Below, piece by piece: positions 37,909 to 47,216 of a stretch of DNA of 64,000 bases. The stretch lies in contig CAZHIA010000006.1 in assembly GCA_964532425.1 (NCBI GenBank), positions 65,343 to 129,342 on the forward strand. The letters run 5' to 3'. Positions within the stretch are counted from its first letter, which is position 1, and every line of letters starts with the position of its first letter. The notes below the pieces were generated by a model. That model had not been told where the DNA came from, did no database searches, and saw nothing but the letters and a program-made list of their open reading frames with translations. Source of the DNA: an uncultured Candidatus Saccharibacteria bacterium. GTDB lineage: Bacteria; Patescibacteriota; Doudnabacteria; UBA920. The position numbers and the translations under genes were made by a program.

Positions 37909-38610
37909 TTATTGGAATTTGAACGAGTCGACAATGCTTTCGAACTCATTGATAGATTGCCAGTCGTGCTCGCCCATGGCAGCATACCAGATATACTGGT
38001 TCTTATTGCGCTCGGTTTTGTAAACGATGATTTCGTCCATGCCCCCGCCGCCCACCGCGGTCATAATCTGCTTATCGTACGTGATGCCGTTTGAAACGGT
38101 TGTGGAGGTGGATATGAGTGTGCCATTGGGTGGCCGGAACTTGGTATTATTCATAAAGAGGTAAAAGACTGCACCGCTCGTGTTGACCATGCTGACTTCA
38201 AAATTATCGCGCGAACCTTTATAGGCCAGCTCTTTCGGCAGTTGAAACCCTAAGTTTTCCGTGGAGGTAACCTGGGTATCGACTGGTACGGAAAAAGTAA
38301 AACCGTATTCAGGGCTGGTGTAGGTGTTCCAGCCGGTTTGCATGTCTCTGGTGGTTACCGGTTTGCGGACCACTCGGTAGTTGATGTCGCCCGGCGGATA
38401 TTTAAAACTGGTTCGGTCTTGGATTGTAATGGTCTGAGGCAGCGGGTGGGAGGCTGTGGGTGTCTCTGCAGTCCCGGGAATGTTGGCGGGTTCGTTCTGG
38501 TACAACCAAAAAACCACCGCTAAGAGAACGGCGGCAAACCCCAAGAACAGATAGGTCTTGCCGTTCATGAAGCGGTAGTTTTTATGATGCGTTAAACCAG
38601 GGAAACTCAT
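37909..38610 (-). CDS. Membrane-anchored extracellular protein (PsbP-like pattern)
   Basis: TM anchor, WNTYTSPEYGFTFSVP, C-terminal FESIVDSFKF. Confidence 0.65.
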   Translation of the reverse strand: MSFPGLTHHKNYRFMNGKTYLFLGFAAVLLAVVFWLYQNEPANIPGTAETPTASHPLPQTITIQDRTSFKYPPGDINYRVVRKPVTTRDMQTGWNTYTSPEYGFTFSVPVDTQVTSTENLGFQLPKELAYKGSRDNFEVSMVNTSGAVFYLFMNNTKFRPPNGTLISTSTTVSNGITYDKQIMTAVGGGGMDEIIVYKTERNKNQYIWYAAMGEHDWQSINEFESIVDSFKFQ

Positions 38611-38616
38611 GGGCTG

Positions 38617-38991
38617 TTATCCTTGCTTTTGATTCACCACGTTGGACTTTTTGAACTTGACCGAGAAGACCGGCTCATAGGGAGTATCTTCATGGTCTTT
38701 GACCTGGACCGTCTCCCCTTTCATGAGCGTATTAATGGCGATGTCGGTCAGGAGTTCCTTGTCGATTTCCATATCCTTTTTGAGGCCCAGGAATTTCTCA
38801 TACTCCGAACCCATTTCAGCCTTCGTTTCTTCCTCGATCTGTTTCTTCCTCAATTGGTAGCCGCGAATTTTTTCGACGACTTCCCGGTATTCCTGCGACG
38901 AGCTTAGAGCATCTTTGTACATATCCTGGATCTGCTTGCGTTCGCGCTTAGTGCCTTGGATGCGGTTAAAGACTTCTTGTATGTGCTGCAT
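38617..38991 (-). CDS. Conserved-looking coiled-coil hypothetical protein
   Basis: Charged helical ORF ending LTDIAINTLMKGETVQVKD..YEPVFSVKFKK. Confidence 0.7.
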   Translation of the reverse strand: MQHIQEVFNRIQGTKRERKQIQDMYKDALSSSQEYREVVEKIRGYQLRKKQIEEETKAEMGSEYEKFLGLKKDMEIDKELLTDIAINTLMKGETVQVKDHEDTPYEPVFSVKFKKSNVVNQKQG

Positions 38992-39036
38992 AATCTGTTT
39001 ATCTTGATATTTAATGTCTTATTTATTATACCATAC

Positions 39037-39999
39037 TCAACTCTTCGGAGTGCGGGGAGTGGTTGATTTGCTCATGCAATGTTCCCAGTACCGGATTCCT
39101 GCTGGAAGTTGTTTATTCCAGGTGTTCCAATTATGGGTGCCGCCGGTAAGGACGAGCGTGTGGATTACGCTGGTAGCGGCGAGCTGCTGGTCAAATTCCC
39201 GGTTCTCTTTGACCAGGCTTGGCCAGTCATACTTGCCCACCGCCTGGAATACACACAAGTTTTGTGGCAGCGTTAACTGTCCAAAATAGCGAGCCGGGCT
39301 TTGTGCATCCTTGGCTGATTGGTTATTGCCGAATACGGCATTCAATTGTCCCCGCCAATTGTCGAAATAGGCTCCATACGCCAGAATGCTCCCGTATATT
39401 TCAGGATGCCGGAGTCCCAGGTTTACCGCACCATAGCCTCCGGACGAATTGCCTCCTATGGCACGCCCGCTCGGATCGGAAAGTGTCCGGTATCTGTGTT
39501 CCGCGTCAGTCCGTATATCGGTGACTATAAAATCTTCCATCCGCTGCTGCGCAGTCGATGCATTCACATATTGGCTATCGGCAATTTTTGGACCATTGCC
39601 ATCCGGGAAGACAGCCAAGAATGGCCGTGCGTCCCTTGCTACAATCAGTTGGTTAAAGACCATGGCTGCATCGCCGTTGGCCGGCCAGTCGCGAAAATTT
39701 CCGGGATAGCCGTGAAGCAGATAGAGAACCGGATATCTGCGGTCCTTGTGCTCGTCATATCCTTCGGGAACATAGACTGCATAAGTGCTGGTGGCTTGCA
39801 GGGCGGAGCTGAAAAAACTCACTGTGTCGATGCGGCTGCCGCTTTTGGGCAGGTTTCGATGTTTGATTCCGTAATAAGTCTGGTATGCAGCTTGCTGGCC
39901 AACTACGAAGATCCTCGTTCCGAAAAAAATCAATAGCACCGCCGCTGCGGTAGTGAGCGCTATGGCTCGTTTGTGCTTTTTGTTGAATATGGTATACAT
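39037..39999 (-). CDS. Membrane-anchored alpha/beta-hydrolase (putative esterase family)
   Basis: VYVPEGY, YPVLYLLHGYPG, nucleophile GNSSGG, GGTHNW; start ATG 39999. Confidence 0.85.
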   Translation of the reverse strand: MYTIFNKKHKRAIALTTAAAVLLIFFGTRIFVVGQQAAYQTYYGIKHRNLPKSGSRIDTVSFFSSALQATSTYAVYVPEGYDEHKDRRYPVLYLLHGYPGNFRDWPANGDAAMVFNQLIVARDARPFLAVFPDGNGPKIADSQYVNASTAQQRMEDFIVTDIRTDAEHRYRTLSDPSGRAIGGNSSGGYGAVNLGLRHPEIYGSILAYGAYFDNWRGQLNAVFGNNQSAKDAQSPARYFGQLTLPQNLCVFQAVGKYDWPSLVKENREFDQQLAATSVIHTLVLTGGTHNWNTWNKQLPAGIRYWEHCMSKSTTPRTPKS

Positions 40000-40152
40000 A
40001 TTTTCAATGCAGGCATTCCCTGTGCGTGTATGCTTTGCCTGTTGCAGATGGTCAAATGTCAAATGTAAATTGTCAATTGTTATTGCTAATCTAGGGAGAA
40101 CAATGAGCAATTGAAATCTTCGATGATCTTACTCGAGAGCAGTTTATTTCCG

Positions 40153-41784
40153 TTATGTCATATGCGCTTGTGCCAGCGCTACCGCGATCTTTGGTAGCTC
40201 GGTTTCGCCCGGGTATATAAGGAATCGGGGCTGCCAGACAGGGTGAAATTTGGCTTTGAATGCCGCCAGACTCTGGTAATGATAGAGTTGGTTAAAATTT
40301 TTGTATAAGAAATCAACTGCTTTTTGAGCAAGCTGCGAGTCGGTGTGCGGGCTCTCGGTTTCCCTGGTGGCCAGCCCCAGACTCACTTGCCGGCAATCCC
40401 GGTTTTTAAAATATTCAATAGATTCGCAAAACGCGGCCTCGACAGTTCCGCTTGGTGCTAGTGGTGATTTGAGCATAAGGTCGAGCGCCATGGCTGTACC
40501 AAGATCGTATGGATAGTAGGAAAATGCCGCTACAATTTTTCCGTCAGTGCTGCCTGCCAGGAGCCAGCCGTCATCAAGCGGTGGGAACGGATAATAATGA
40601 GTCGAGAAGCCCATAGAACGGTTGTTGTGAGCGGTAAGCCAGTTGTGGTGCAGCGTCTCGATCTGGCTCAGCACCAGCCATGGTACTTCTGATAGTCGGT
40701 GCCATTGCCAAAGCAGGCCGCTGCGTCGGGCTGCTGCTGCGGCGTTCCTGACATTTTTCATAGCAGGGGTATTGAGATTAAATTCCGCGGTCTGCACGGC
40801 TGCGTCATCCCCGACCTTGAGGGCTTTCATGCCGAGCGATTTGTAATGTCCGAGATTGTGTTCGGCTACCAAATAAAAGACCACGCTTAATCCCCGCTGC
40901 TGCATGGCGGCATAAAATTCTTCTATAGCTCCCAGCCTCGCACCCTCGGGTCCTAAGGGGTCCCCCAGAGCTACCGCAGTGCCTTGGCGGATTTTGTAGG
41001 CTACTACCGATTCACGGTTTTGGGTAAAAAAATATCTTTTGTCGGGCATGAGCGATAAATAGGCGGTGGACAGAGAACCGTGGCGTCTTGCAAGTTCGAG
41101 TACTGCCGACTGTTCTGCTTCAGTTGGTGTGGATGGAAGCAGGTCCGGACCGAACAGAATGGCCACAATCGAAAGCAGGACTAGAATGCTAATTGCGGTG
41201 ATCGAATCTTGAAACCATAATGCCTGATGAGTGAGCGGGACGAGGGTATTGCTGCCGAGACCTGTGATGGTGTATATATAATCGGAAACGATGGTATGCC
41301 ATGAGATTGGCCGGGTAAATTGTCCTTGCAGGAGAAAATAGCCGGCGGTCGAATATACTCCTAAGAGCAAAAACAGTACCGCTCCCCTGCGAGCGCGCTG
41401 GACGAGGGTTAACCGGGCGCTGGCAATGGTGAATTCAAATCTGAAGGCAACCAAAAGAATGAGGGGGATGGCGGTTAACGATGCATCCTCAACATCAAAA
41501 CCTTTTATGATATGGAAGACCAGGGAGGCGGCAAGCAGGCTGACGGTGATGAACCAAGCCCTGCGCTTTTTATTCCAAATTCCGCGCGCGAGGAACAGCA
41601 AAAAGAAACCCGAGAGCACTGATAAGGTTTTTGATGCATGGCGTACAGCCAACGGAAACCCTTCTTCAAGCACTATGATTCGAGCCGGGATAACCGGATG
41701 GAAGGCGGAGAAAATATCCAGCAAACCGGCAGCAAATACAATGAGGCCGATAATGACGCTCGGACTGAACCTGATTTTTTTCAT
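40153..41784 (-). CDS. MprF-like aminoacyl-lipid synthase (DUF2156 domain), short membrane region
   Basis: N-terminal TM helices (LARG..KKRRAW, HIIKGFD), DKRYFF, VALGDPLGP, KVGDDA, ALDLM, SLGLA, SLAAFKAKFHPVWQPRFL. Confidence 0.85.
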   Translation of the reverse strand: MKKIRFSPSVIIGLIVFAAGLLDIFSAFHPVIPARIIVLEEGFPLAVRHASKTLSVLSGFFLLFLARGIWNKKRRAWFITVSLLAASLVFHIIKGFDVEDASLTAIPLILLVAFRFEFTIASARLTLVQRARRGAVLFLLLGVYSTAGYFLLQGQFTRPISWHTIVSDYIYTITGLGSNTLVPLTHQALWFQDSITAISILVLLSIVAILFGPDLLPSTPTEAEQSAVLELARRHGSLSTAYLSLMPDKRYFFTQNRESVVAYKIRQGTAVALGDPLGPEGARLGAIEEFYAAMQQRGLSVVFYLVAEHNLGHYKSLGMKALKVGDDAAVQTAEFNLNTPAMKNVRNAAAAARRSGLLWQWHRLSEVPWLVLSQIETLHHNWLTAHNNRSMGFSTHYYPFPPLDDGWLLAGSTDGKIVAAFSYYPYDLGTAMALDLMLKSPLAPSGTVEAAFCESIEYFKNRDCRQVSLGLATRETESPHTDSQLAQKAVDFLYKNFNQLYHYQSLAAFKAKFHPVWQPRFLIYPGETELPKIAVALAQAHMT

Positions 41785-41885
41785 ATGGGTACTATAACAA
41801 AAACAGTCGAATTACTGGAAATTTTTCCAACCGACTGCTTGTCAAGACTGTTTTTCGGAAAATTTTGTGGATAACTGGGACTTTC

Positions 41886-42380
41886 TTATTGAATTCCATT
41901 CGGAGTGGCGATTCGCATGCCGGCGCTCCAGGCACTGGTGTTCCTGCCGAGGCAGAACGTTAGGGAATACGACAGTCCGTCTGCAGGTGCTTCATACCAG
42001 TAGACATTGCCGCCTCTCTGGGTTTCTGATGCACAATTACCATCAGCGGGTTTAGGAGAACTCGGGATCATGGGCAGGTAATTTGGTACGAATGGTTCTT
42101 CAGAACCGTTGAAGGTGTTCGTATTATCCATGGCGGTGCCACCTGCGGCAACGGAGGCGGTGCCGGTAGGGTAGGTGCCGTGCTGAATCAGGAACTGATC
42201 GAGTGCGGTAATGGTTTGCCGTATATCGGCAGCACGTTTGGCATCCCGCGATTTTGAACGGGCATTGCTCACGGAGACCATGACGACTCCGGCGAGGACA
42301 CCGATAATTACTATCACGACTAGTATTTCTAATAACGTAAATCCGGATTCACTTCCGGGGTGCTGGGGAACTGTCAACAT
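41886..42380 (-). CDS. Type IV pilin / GspG-like prepilin
   Basis: G-FTLLEILVVIVIIGVLA, ARSKSRDAKRAADIRQ. Confidence 0.9.
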   Translation of the reverse strand: MLTVPQHPGSESGFTLLEILVVIVIIGVLAGVVMVSVSNARSKSRDAKRAADIRQTITALDQFLIQHGTYPTGTASVAAGGTAMDNTNTFNGSEEPFVPNYLPMIPSSPKPADGNCASETQRGGNVYWYEAPADGLSYSLTFCLGRNTSAWSAGMRIATPNGIQ

Positions 42381-42418
42381 TTGTAATTTTGTTTATTTTC
42401 TATTTTTAGTATAGAACA

Positions 42419-43069
42419 TTATTGTAAAAACCGGAAATTTGTCAGTAGCGGAGAAACGGCTACTTGCTGCCTGAGGTAGTAAAGCTTGCCGCGGGCTAAT
42501 ACGGCGATGCCACTCTGGGATGCGGACCTGCCGCGAAAGCGGACCGCCGGCTGCCCGTCGACGGTGGTCTCGGCGACCGATATAACGGAAGGAGATTTTT
42601 TGAGCATGTTGGTAACTGACTGCAGTGTTTCCTGTGACGGAAGGTCATACATTTCCACATAGCCGTTCTTGCCACCCGGGCCTGAAAAAGAGACCATGTT
42701 CGGCTGCTGGTCTTGGTTTACCTGCCAGGTAGTCGGCAGCTGCAGTTGGAATCCGAAATTTGAATTGGAGTAAAGCATTGGCTGCTGAGGTGTCCGAACA
42801 GGGGCTGGCGAAGGTGCTACTGCGGCGGGGTTGGTCGTTGTTGCCGCCTGGGGCGGATTGCCATTGGCAACCGGCGTGGTGCTTGACTGCTCACCGAGCG
42901 GCGGAACAAATGCCTGGCGAATTTGATCTGCGGTGTCAGAAACTGCCGGTTCTGGTTGTTTATTGCGTTTCCAAAAGAACCATACCGCACCGGCGATAAT
43001 AAGCAGGCCAATGACCGCTAATATGATTGTGCGGACCGGGCTGGCGCCGGTCTCTCGTGCTTCTGCCAT
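42419..43069 (-). CDS. Membrane-anchored extracellular protein
   Basis: TM helix, P/T/A-rich linker, YSNSNFGFQLQLPTTW. Confidence 0.65.
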   Translation of the reverse strand: MAEARETGASPVRTIILAVIGLLIIAGAVWFFWKRNKQPEPAVSDTADQIRQAFVPPLGEQSSTTPVANGNPPQAATTTNPAAVAPSPAPVRTPQQPMLYSNSNFGFQLQLPTTWQVNQDQQPNMVSFSGPGGKNGYVEMYDLPSQETLQSVTNMLKKSPSVISVAETTVDGQPAVRFRGRSASQSGIAVLARGKLYYLRQQVAVSPLLTNFRFLQ

Positions 43070-43177
43070 GGGCGTGGAAATTTAAAGATTGAAGTATTTA
43101 ACATTTAAATATTGACTGCATATCATAGCATACATGACTGGATCTTTCAATCTTTAAATGTTAAATCTTGTAATTGC

Positions 43178-43567
43178 TTATCGGCGTTGCAGGGCTTCGA
43201 GAGTATCGATGACCTTTTGTACTACGTCATCCAGTCCCCAATTGCTCTTTACGAGATACTCGACTCTCCCCCGCCCGGTAGCTTCATTGATCTGTTCGGG
43301 GTCGGAAAGGTTGCTCAGAATGAGTACCGGGACAGTATTGCCCCGCTTGTCTTCCCTCAGCTTCTTGAGCATCGTCAACCCGTCCATGCTGGGCATAATA
43401 ATATCCAAAATCACTAGGTCAGGTTTGTGTTTGAGCGCTGCGCGCAACCCTTCCAAGCCGTCATGGGCTTCAAGTACGTTAAAACCTTCCCTGCGGAATT
43501 TGTCCGCAAGGACCATGAGCAGTGCTGCCTCATCTTCCACTATAAGAATTTTTCTGGGTGCTGACAT
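43178..43567 (-). CDS. Stand-alone response regulator receiver
   Basis: KILIVEDE, PDLVILDIIMPSMDG, LSN, YLVK. Confidence 0.92.
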   Translation of the reverse strand: MSAPRKILIVEDEAALLMVLADKFRREGFNVLEAHDGLEGLRAALKHKPDLVILDIIMPSMDGLTMLKKLREDKRGNTVPVLILSNLSDPEQINEATGRGRVEYLVKSNWGLDDVVQKVIDTLEALQRR

Positions 43568-43625
43568 ATGAAGCTGCCGGACGTAGAAGTCCGCTGTCGT
43601 TCGTTTGGGTTATGCTGATCTCAAC

Positions 43626-45281
43626 TCACTTGGCGACTTCCACCGGGAGTTCAATATAAAACACCGTCCCTTTATTTTCCCGCGACTTGAATGAAATTTT
43701 TCCTTTGCAGTAATCAAGAAATGATTTGACAAGGTAGAGCCCGAGACCCGAGCCTTCAGTATCCAGTTTGGCCGCGTTGTCGGCACGGAACAGTTTCGTA
43801 AAGACCTTGTTTTGCTGGTGTCTGGGAATACCATATCCCGTGTCTGCAACGGTTATGCGCAAAACAGGTTTCTTCCGCGCCTGTTTTGCTATGGAAATTT
43901 TCGTATTGATTGTTCCGCGGGACGGGGTATACTTTACCGCATTCGTGACGAGATTTTGCAAAACCAGGCGGATAACCTTTCGGTCCGACAGGATCGGTTT
44001 GAGATTTTTTGAAAAATCCATCTGGACACGCAGTTTCTTTTCCTTGATGATGGGGCTAATCTCTTTTACGATGTCCTCCAACAGCTCTTTGATACTTATG
44101 ACGGACAACTTGATAGTAAATGTTCCCAACTCTATGCGGGAGACATTTAAAAAGTCATAGACGAGTTCCACCATTTTTTGGTTGGCTTTATACACCGCTT
44201 GCAAATAGCGGCGTTGGTCCTTGGTTAGCCGCCCGATCTCCCCGCTGAGCAGGGCTTCGGCATACCAGTTGATCGCTGAGAGCGGGGTGCGCAGCTGATG
44301 GGAGACCAGGGAGATGAGTTCAGATTTGGTCTTGTCCATTTCCCGTTCCTTGGTTACGTCCCGGAAGACTTGGATGAATCCAATGATTTGGCCGTGGTAC
44401 ATGACCGGAGAAGCAGTGAGGACGACCGGGATCCGTGAGCCGTTTTTTTTCTGGTAAAAGACGTTCTTGGACTTGGTTTGCAGGAAGTGGTGTAGGGCCC
44501 GGTAAATGGGACGCTTGGCGTGTTCTATGGGTTGATGCTGCTCGTTCAGCATGGGTTCCGTGTCGAGCAGGAATTTGCCAATCAGCTCATCCTGGCGGCA
44601 TCCGAAGATCCGTTCGGCTTCCCGGTTGACGAGAATTATTTTCCCTTCCTTATCGGTCAGGAGAATGCCTTCTCCGATTGAATTGAGCAAAATTTCGTCC
44701 TTCACTTTATCTTGGCTGAGCAGGCTGCGATTTTGTTCGAGTTCAGTAGTGCGCTCCTTGAATTTGACCTTCAGTTGTTGATTTGCTTCTTGCAGGTTCC
44801 GGTTCAGGCGATTAATGGTGATTGCTTGTGCTGCGCCGTTTCCGATGAAAGTGCACAAGTCCTGTTCCTCGCTGGAAAAGTCATGATGGGAATTATAACA
44901 AATGACCAGCGTGCCATACGTCTTGTCGCGGTATGCAACGGGTATGACCGCTACGCTTTGCATATAGGCACGGGCATCGCCGCGTAAAAAGTCCGCTTGG
45001 GCGGCATCAGTGACCAGGAGCGGGGTTTTATTCTCAAAAACCCTGGCCATCACCCCGTGCTTGCGGGGAGCGGTCGGGGTATACGGGGTATTCTCGGTCT
45101 TATAGAGCCGCTTAAATTCTTCGTCTTTGGGCTCCTTGAACCAAGAGAATCCATAATTTGCACCCAAGACAGCCACGGCAGTTTTGACGAATTTGCTGGC
45201 AATAACCTGCTCGTCAGCCTCATTCACGCATTCGAGAATAACCTCATTGAGCAGAGTCAGTTTGTTGGAAATATGATTCAT
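43626..45281 (-). CDS. Cytoplasmic GAF-PAS histidine kinase
   Basis: GAF (SVAVIPV..YGTLVI..FSSEEQDL), PAS (SIGEGILLTDKEGKI..VN), SHQLRTP, NLVTNAVKYT, DTGYGI, GSGLGL; start ATG 45281. Confidence 0.92.
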   Translation of the reverse strand: MNHISNKLTLLNEVILECVNEADEQVIASKFVKTAVAVLGANYGFSWFKEPKDEEFKRLYKTENTPYTPTAPRKHGVMARVFENKTPLLVTDAAQADFLRGDARAYMQSVAVIPVAYRDKTYGTLVICYNSHHDFSSEEQDLCTFIGNGAAQAITINRLNRNLQEANQQLKVKFKERTTELEQNRSLLSQDKVKDEILLNSIGEGILLTDKEGKIILVNREAERIFGCRQDELIGKFLLDTEPMLNEQHQPIEHAKRPIYRALHHFLQTKSKNVFYQKKNGSRIPVVLTASPVMYHGQIIGFIQVFRDVTKEREMDKTKSELISLVSHQLRTPLSAINWYAEALLSGEIGRLTKDQRRYLQAVYKANQKMVELVYDFLNVSRIELGTFTIKLSVISIKELLEDIVKEISPIIKEKKLRVQMDFSKNLKPILSDRKVIRLVLQNLVTNAVKYTPSRGTINTKISIAKQARKKPVLRITVADTGYGIPRHQQNKVFTKLFRADNAAKLDTEGSGLGLYLVKSFLDYCKGKISFKSRENKGTVFYIELPVEVAK

Positions 45282-45328
45282 AAAAATTTGGGTCGCCGGT
45301 GGCATCCCGGCGACCGTGTTCTGGTACC

Positions 45329-46102
45329 TTACTGTTTTTCGAACGGTATGATGACATACCGGTCGATGTCGAACATGGTCTCCTTGCGCAGCTCGTCGCA
45401 TGCGCGCATGGTATGCCCGAACGTTTCTGGGTAAAATTGGAAGTTGCGAAACGTTGAATCTGGGCCAGGTTTCCTGCTGGGGTTGAGGTCTTTAGTCGAT
45501 TCCGCAAGCAGGAAATGTCCTCCGCGTTTAAGGAGCGGGACGACTTGTTGCCGGAGGCAAAATGCAAGCTCTTCGTCGTTTCTGATGTGCGGGCCGAGGC
45601 GTTCCCAGGTAATAAGGTCAAAGCTTTCTTCTTCAAACCTGCTGCATAGTTCGTGCGCGCCTCCGACTCCGAAGTTGCTGACATAGTCGCCGAGTCCTTT
45701 ACTCATGAGGTAGGAGTGTAGGAAATCGACGATTGCGGGGCAGATGTCCTGTCCGAAACACTCGCCGCCGGTGCTGAGGGCTAGGCCCAGATATTCGACA
45801 ACACGGCGGATACCGTTCGCTACTATCAGAATCCTGACCTTGTCTTTACCGGCAAGGCAGGCAGCCGCTACTTTGAATATTTCGTCTGAAAGTTCCTGCT
45901 CCTGCTGTTCGCAGTATTGCCGGATCTCCGGACGATGGATATCCTCTGCCAACCAGTGTGCAGGACCCCCCATAAACCAGATCAGGCGGTTAAAGCGGTA
46001 CTGCCAACGTTCGACGACTTCTTCCTGGTCGATTTTGACATACGGGGTAACCGTGAGCTCGTTTGCGGGGGCCTGGATGAACTGCAACCAGTGCTTGCCC
46101 AT
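45329..46102 (-). CDS. Hypothetical protein, possibly a degenerate SAM-methyltransferase fold
   Basis: SD AAGGAGG; RILIVANG, FEEESFDLI, LLKRGGHFLL resemble class I MTase motifs. Confidence 0.55.
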   Translation of the reverse strand: MGKHWLQFIQAPANELTVTPYVKIDQEEVVERWQYRFNRLIWFMGGPAHWLAEDIHRPEIRQYCEQQEQELSDEIFKVAAACLAGKDKVRILIVANGIRRVVEYLGLALSTGGECFGQDICPAIVDFLHSYLMSKGLGDYVSNFGVGGAHELCSRFEEESFDLITWERLGPHIRNDEELAFCLRQQVVPLLKRGGHFLLAESTKDLNPSRKPGPDSTFRNFQFYPETFGHTMRACDELRKETMFDIDRYVIIPFEKQ

Positions 46103-46193
46103 GTTCTTTTATGCTCCTCCTTCATGCTTTGTTTCTCAGCTGATACCCTCTTGCGAAGGTCTTGGTCCCAGTATACCAGAAGCAGTCCCTTTT

Positions 46194-46979
46194 TCAAGCA
46201 GTTTGGATAAGGGAAAGTAATTGTTCATGGAGGGCGGGGTTTGCAGCCAATATAGATTCCTGGCTAATGTCCCACGGCTGTCCGTTCGCCGCGGTAACTA
46301 TACCGCCGGCTTCTTGAATAATAATGCAGGCGGCTGCCATATCCCATGGTTCAAGATTTGTGGCAAGGAAACCGTCAAATTTTCCACTGCTGACAAATGC
46401 CAGCTGTGAGGCGGCCGAAGCTAAAACGGGCGTGTAGTTGACGCCGTTCTCCGAAAGAAGCTTCCCCTGAAAGTGCAAAAGCTGCTCACGGTCGAGTTTT
46501 CCGTAATCCAAGCCAACCACGGCTTTATTGATGTTGGTATTATTCGAAACCGACAGTGTCTTTCCATTGAGCCAGGCTCCTCCCCCGCTTTCTGCTTCAT
46601 ACAATTCGTCGCGTCCGGGCAGGTAGATAGCACCGGCTGCAGGTTTTCCGTTGATAGCCAACCCTATGCTGACCGCGTAAATATCGCTAATCTGCAATGC
46701 ATAGTTCATTGTGCCGTCCAGGGGGTCAACCACCCACGTGTATTCAGATTCATTCTCTACGTTGTCGTTTTCTTCGGAGTAGATGTTGTGGGTGGGAAAT
46801 TCTTTGGCAATTTCAAATCGGATCAGACGATCCGCTTCGTCATCCGCTTCGATCTTAAAATTATTTTTGAGTTTATATTCGTAGGTGTGGGGTTGCTGTT
46901 TTTGGGCACTGATCCCCTGTCCGGCCAATTTGGCGAGCTTGGCGGCAAAGGTTCGGAATTTTAGTAATGGGGTGGGCAT
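46194..46979 (-). CDS. Inositol monophosphatase family protein (SuhB-like)
   Basis: SEE, WVVDPLDGTMNY, WDMAAA..IQEAGG; start ATG 46979. Confidence 0.9.
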   Translation of the reverse strand: MPTPLLKFRTFAAKLAKLAGQGISAQKQQPHTYEYKLKNNFKIEADDEADRLIRFEIAKEFPTHNIYSEENDNVENESEYTWVVDPLDGTMNYALQISDIYAVSIGLAINGKPAAGAIYLPGRDELYEAESGGGAWLNGKTLSVSNNTNINKAVVGLDYGKLDREQLLHFQGKLLSENGVNYTPVLASAASQLAFVSSGKFDGFLATNLEPWDMAAACIIIQEAGGIVTAANGQPWDISQESILAANPALHEQLLSLIQTA

Positions 46980-47216
46980 GAAATGGTCGGTAAATTTTGG
47001 TTCTATAACAACGCGGTTTGAAAACGTTCTGTTTCGGCACCCTGTATTATACTGCAACTGTAGACGAAGTCCAGTATTTCTCTCTTAATTATGGAGCTGG
47101 TAGGCCAGCCGTCATGCTCGCCACCTGGCTGGCGAGCATGAGAGTAAGACCTGGCTATCGATTCCGTCACATATCTAAATTACGGTTATTGAAAAACAAT
47201 TTTAAACTGGGGAATC

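Noticed and set aside
41866-41874. Replication origin (TGTGGATAA DnaA box)
   Set aside because: Single perfect box in a short intergenic gap, with no cluster and no dnaA/dnaN.
47100-47160. Riboswitch upstream of the GGDEF-EAL gene
   Set aside because: Only a simple hairpin (TCATGCTCGCCA/TGGCGAGCATGA) with no recognised aptamer motif.
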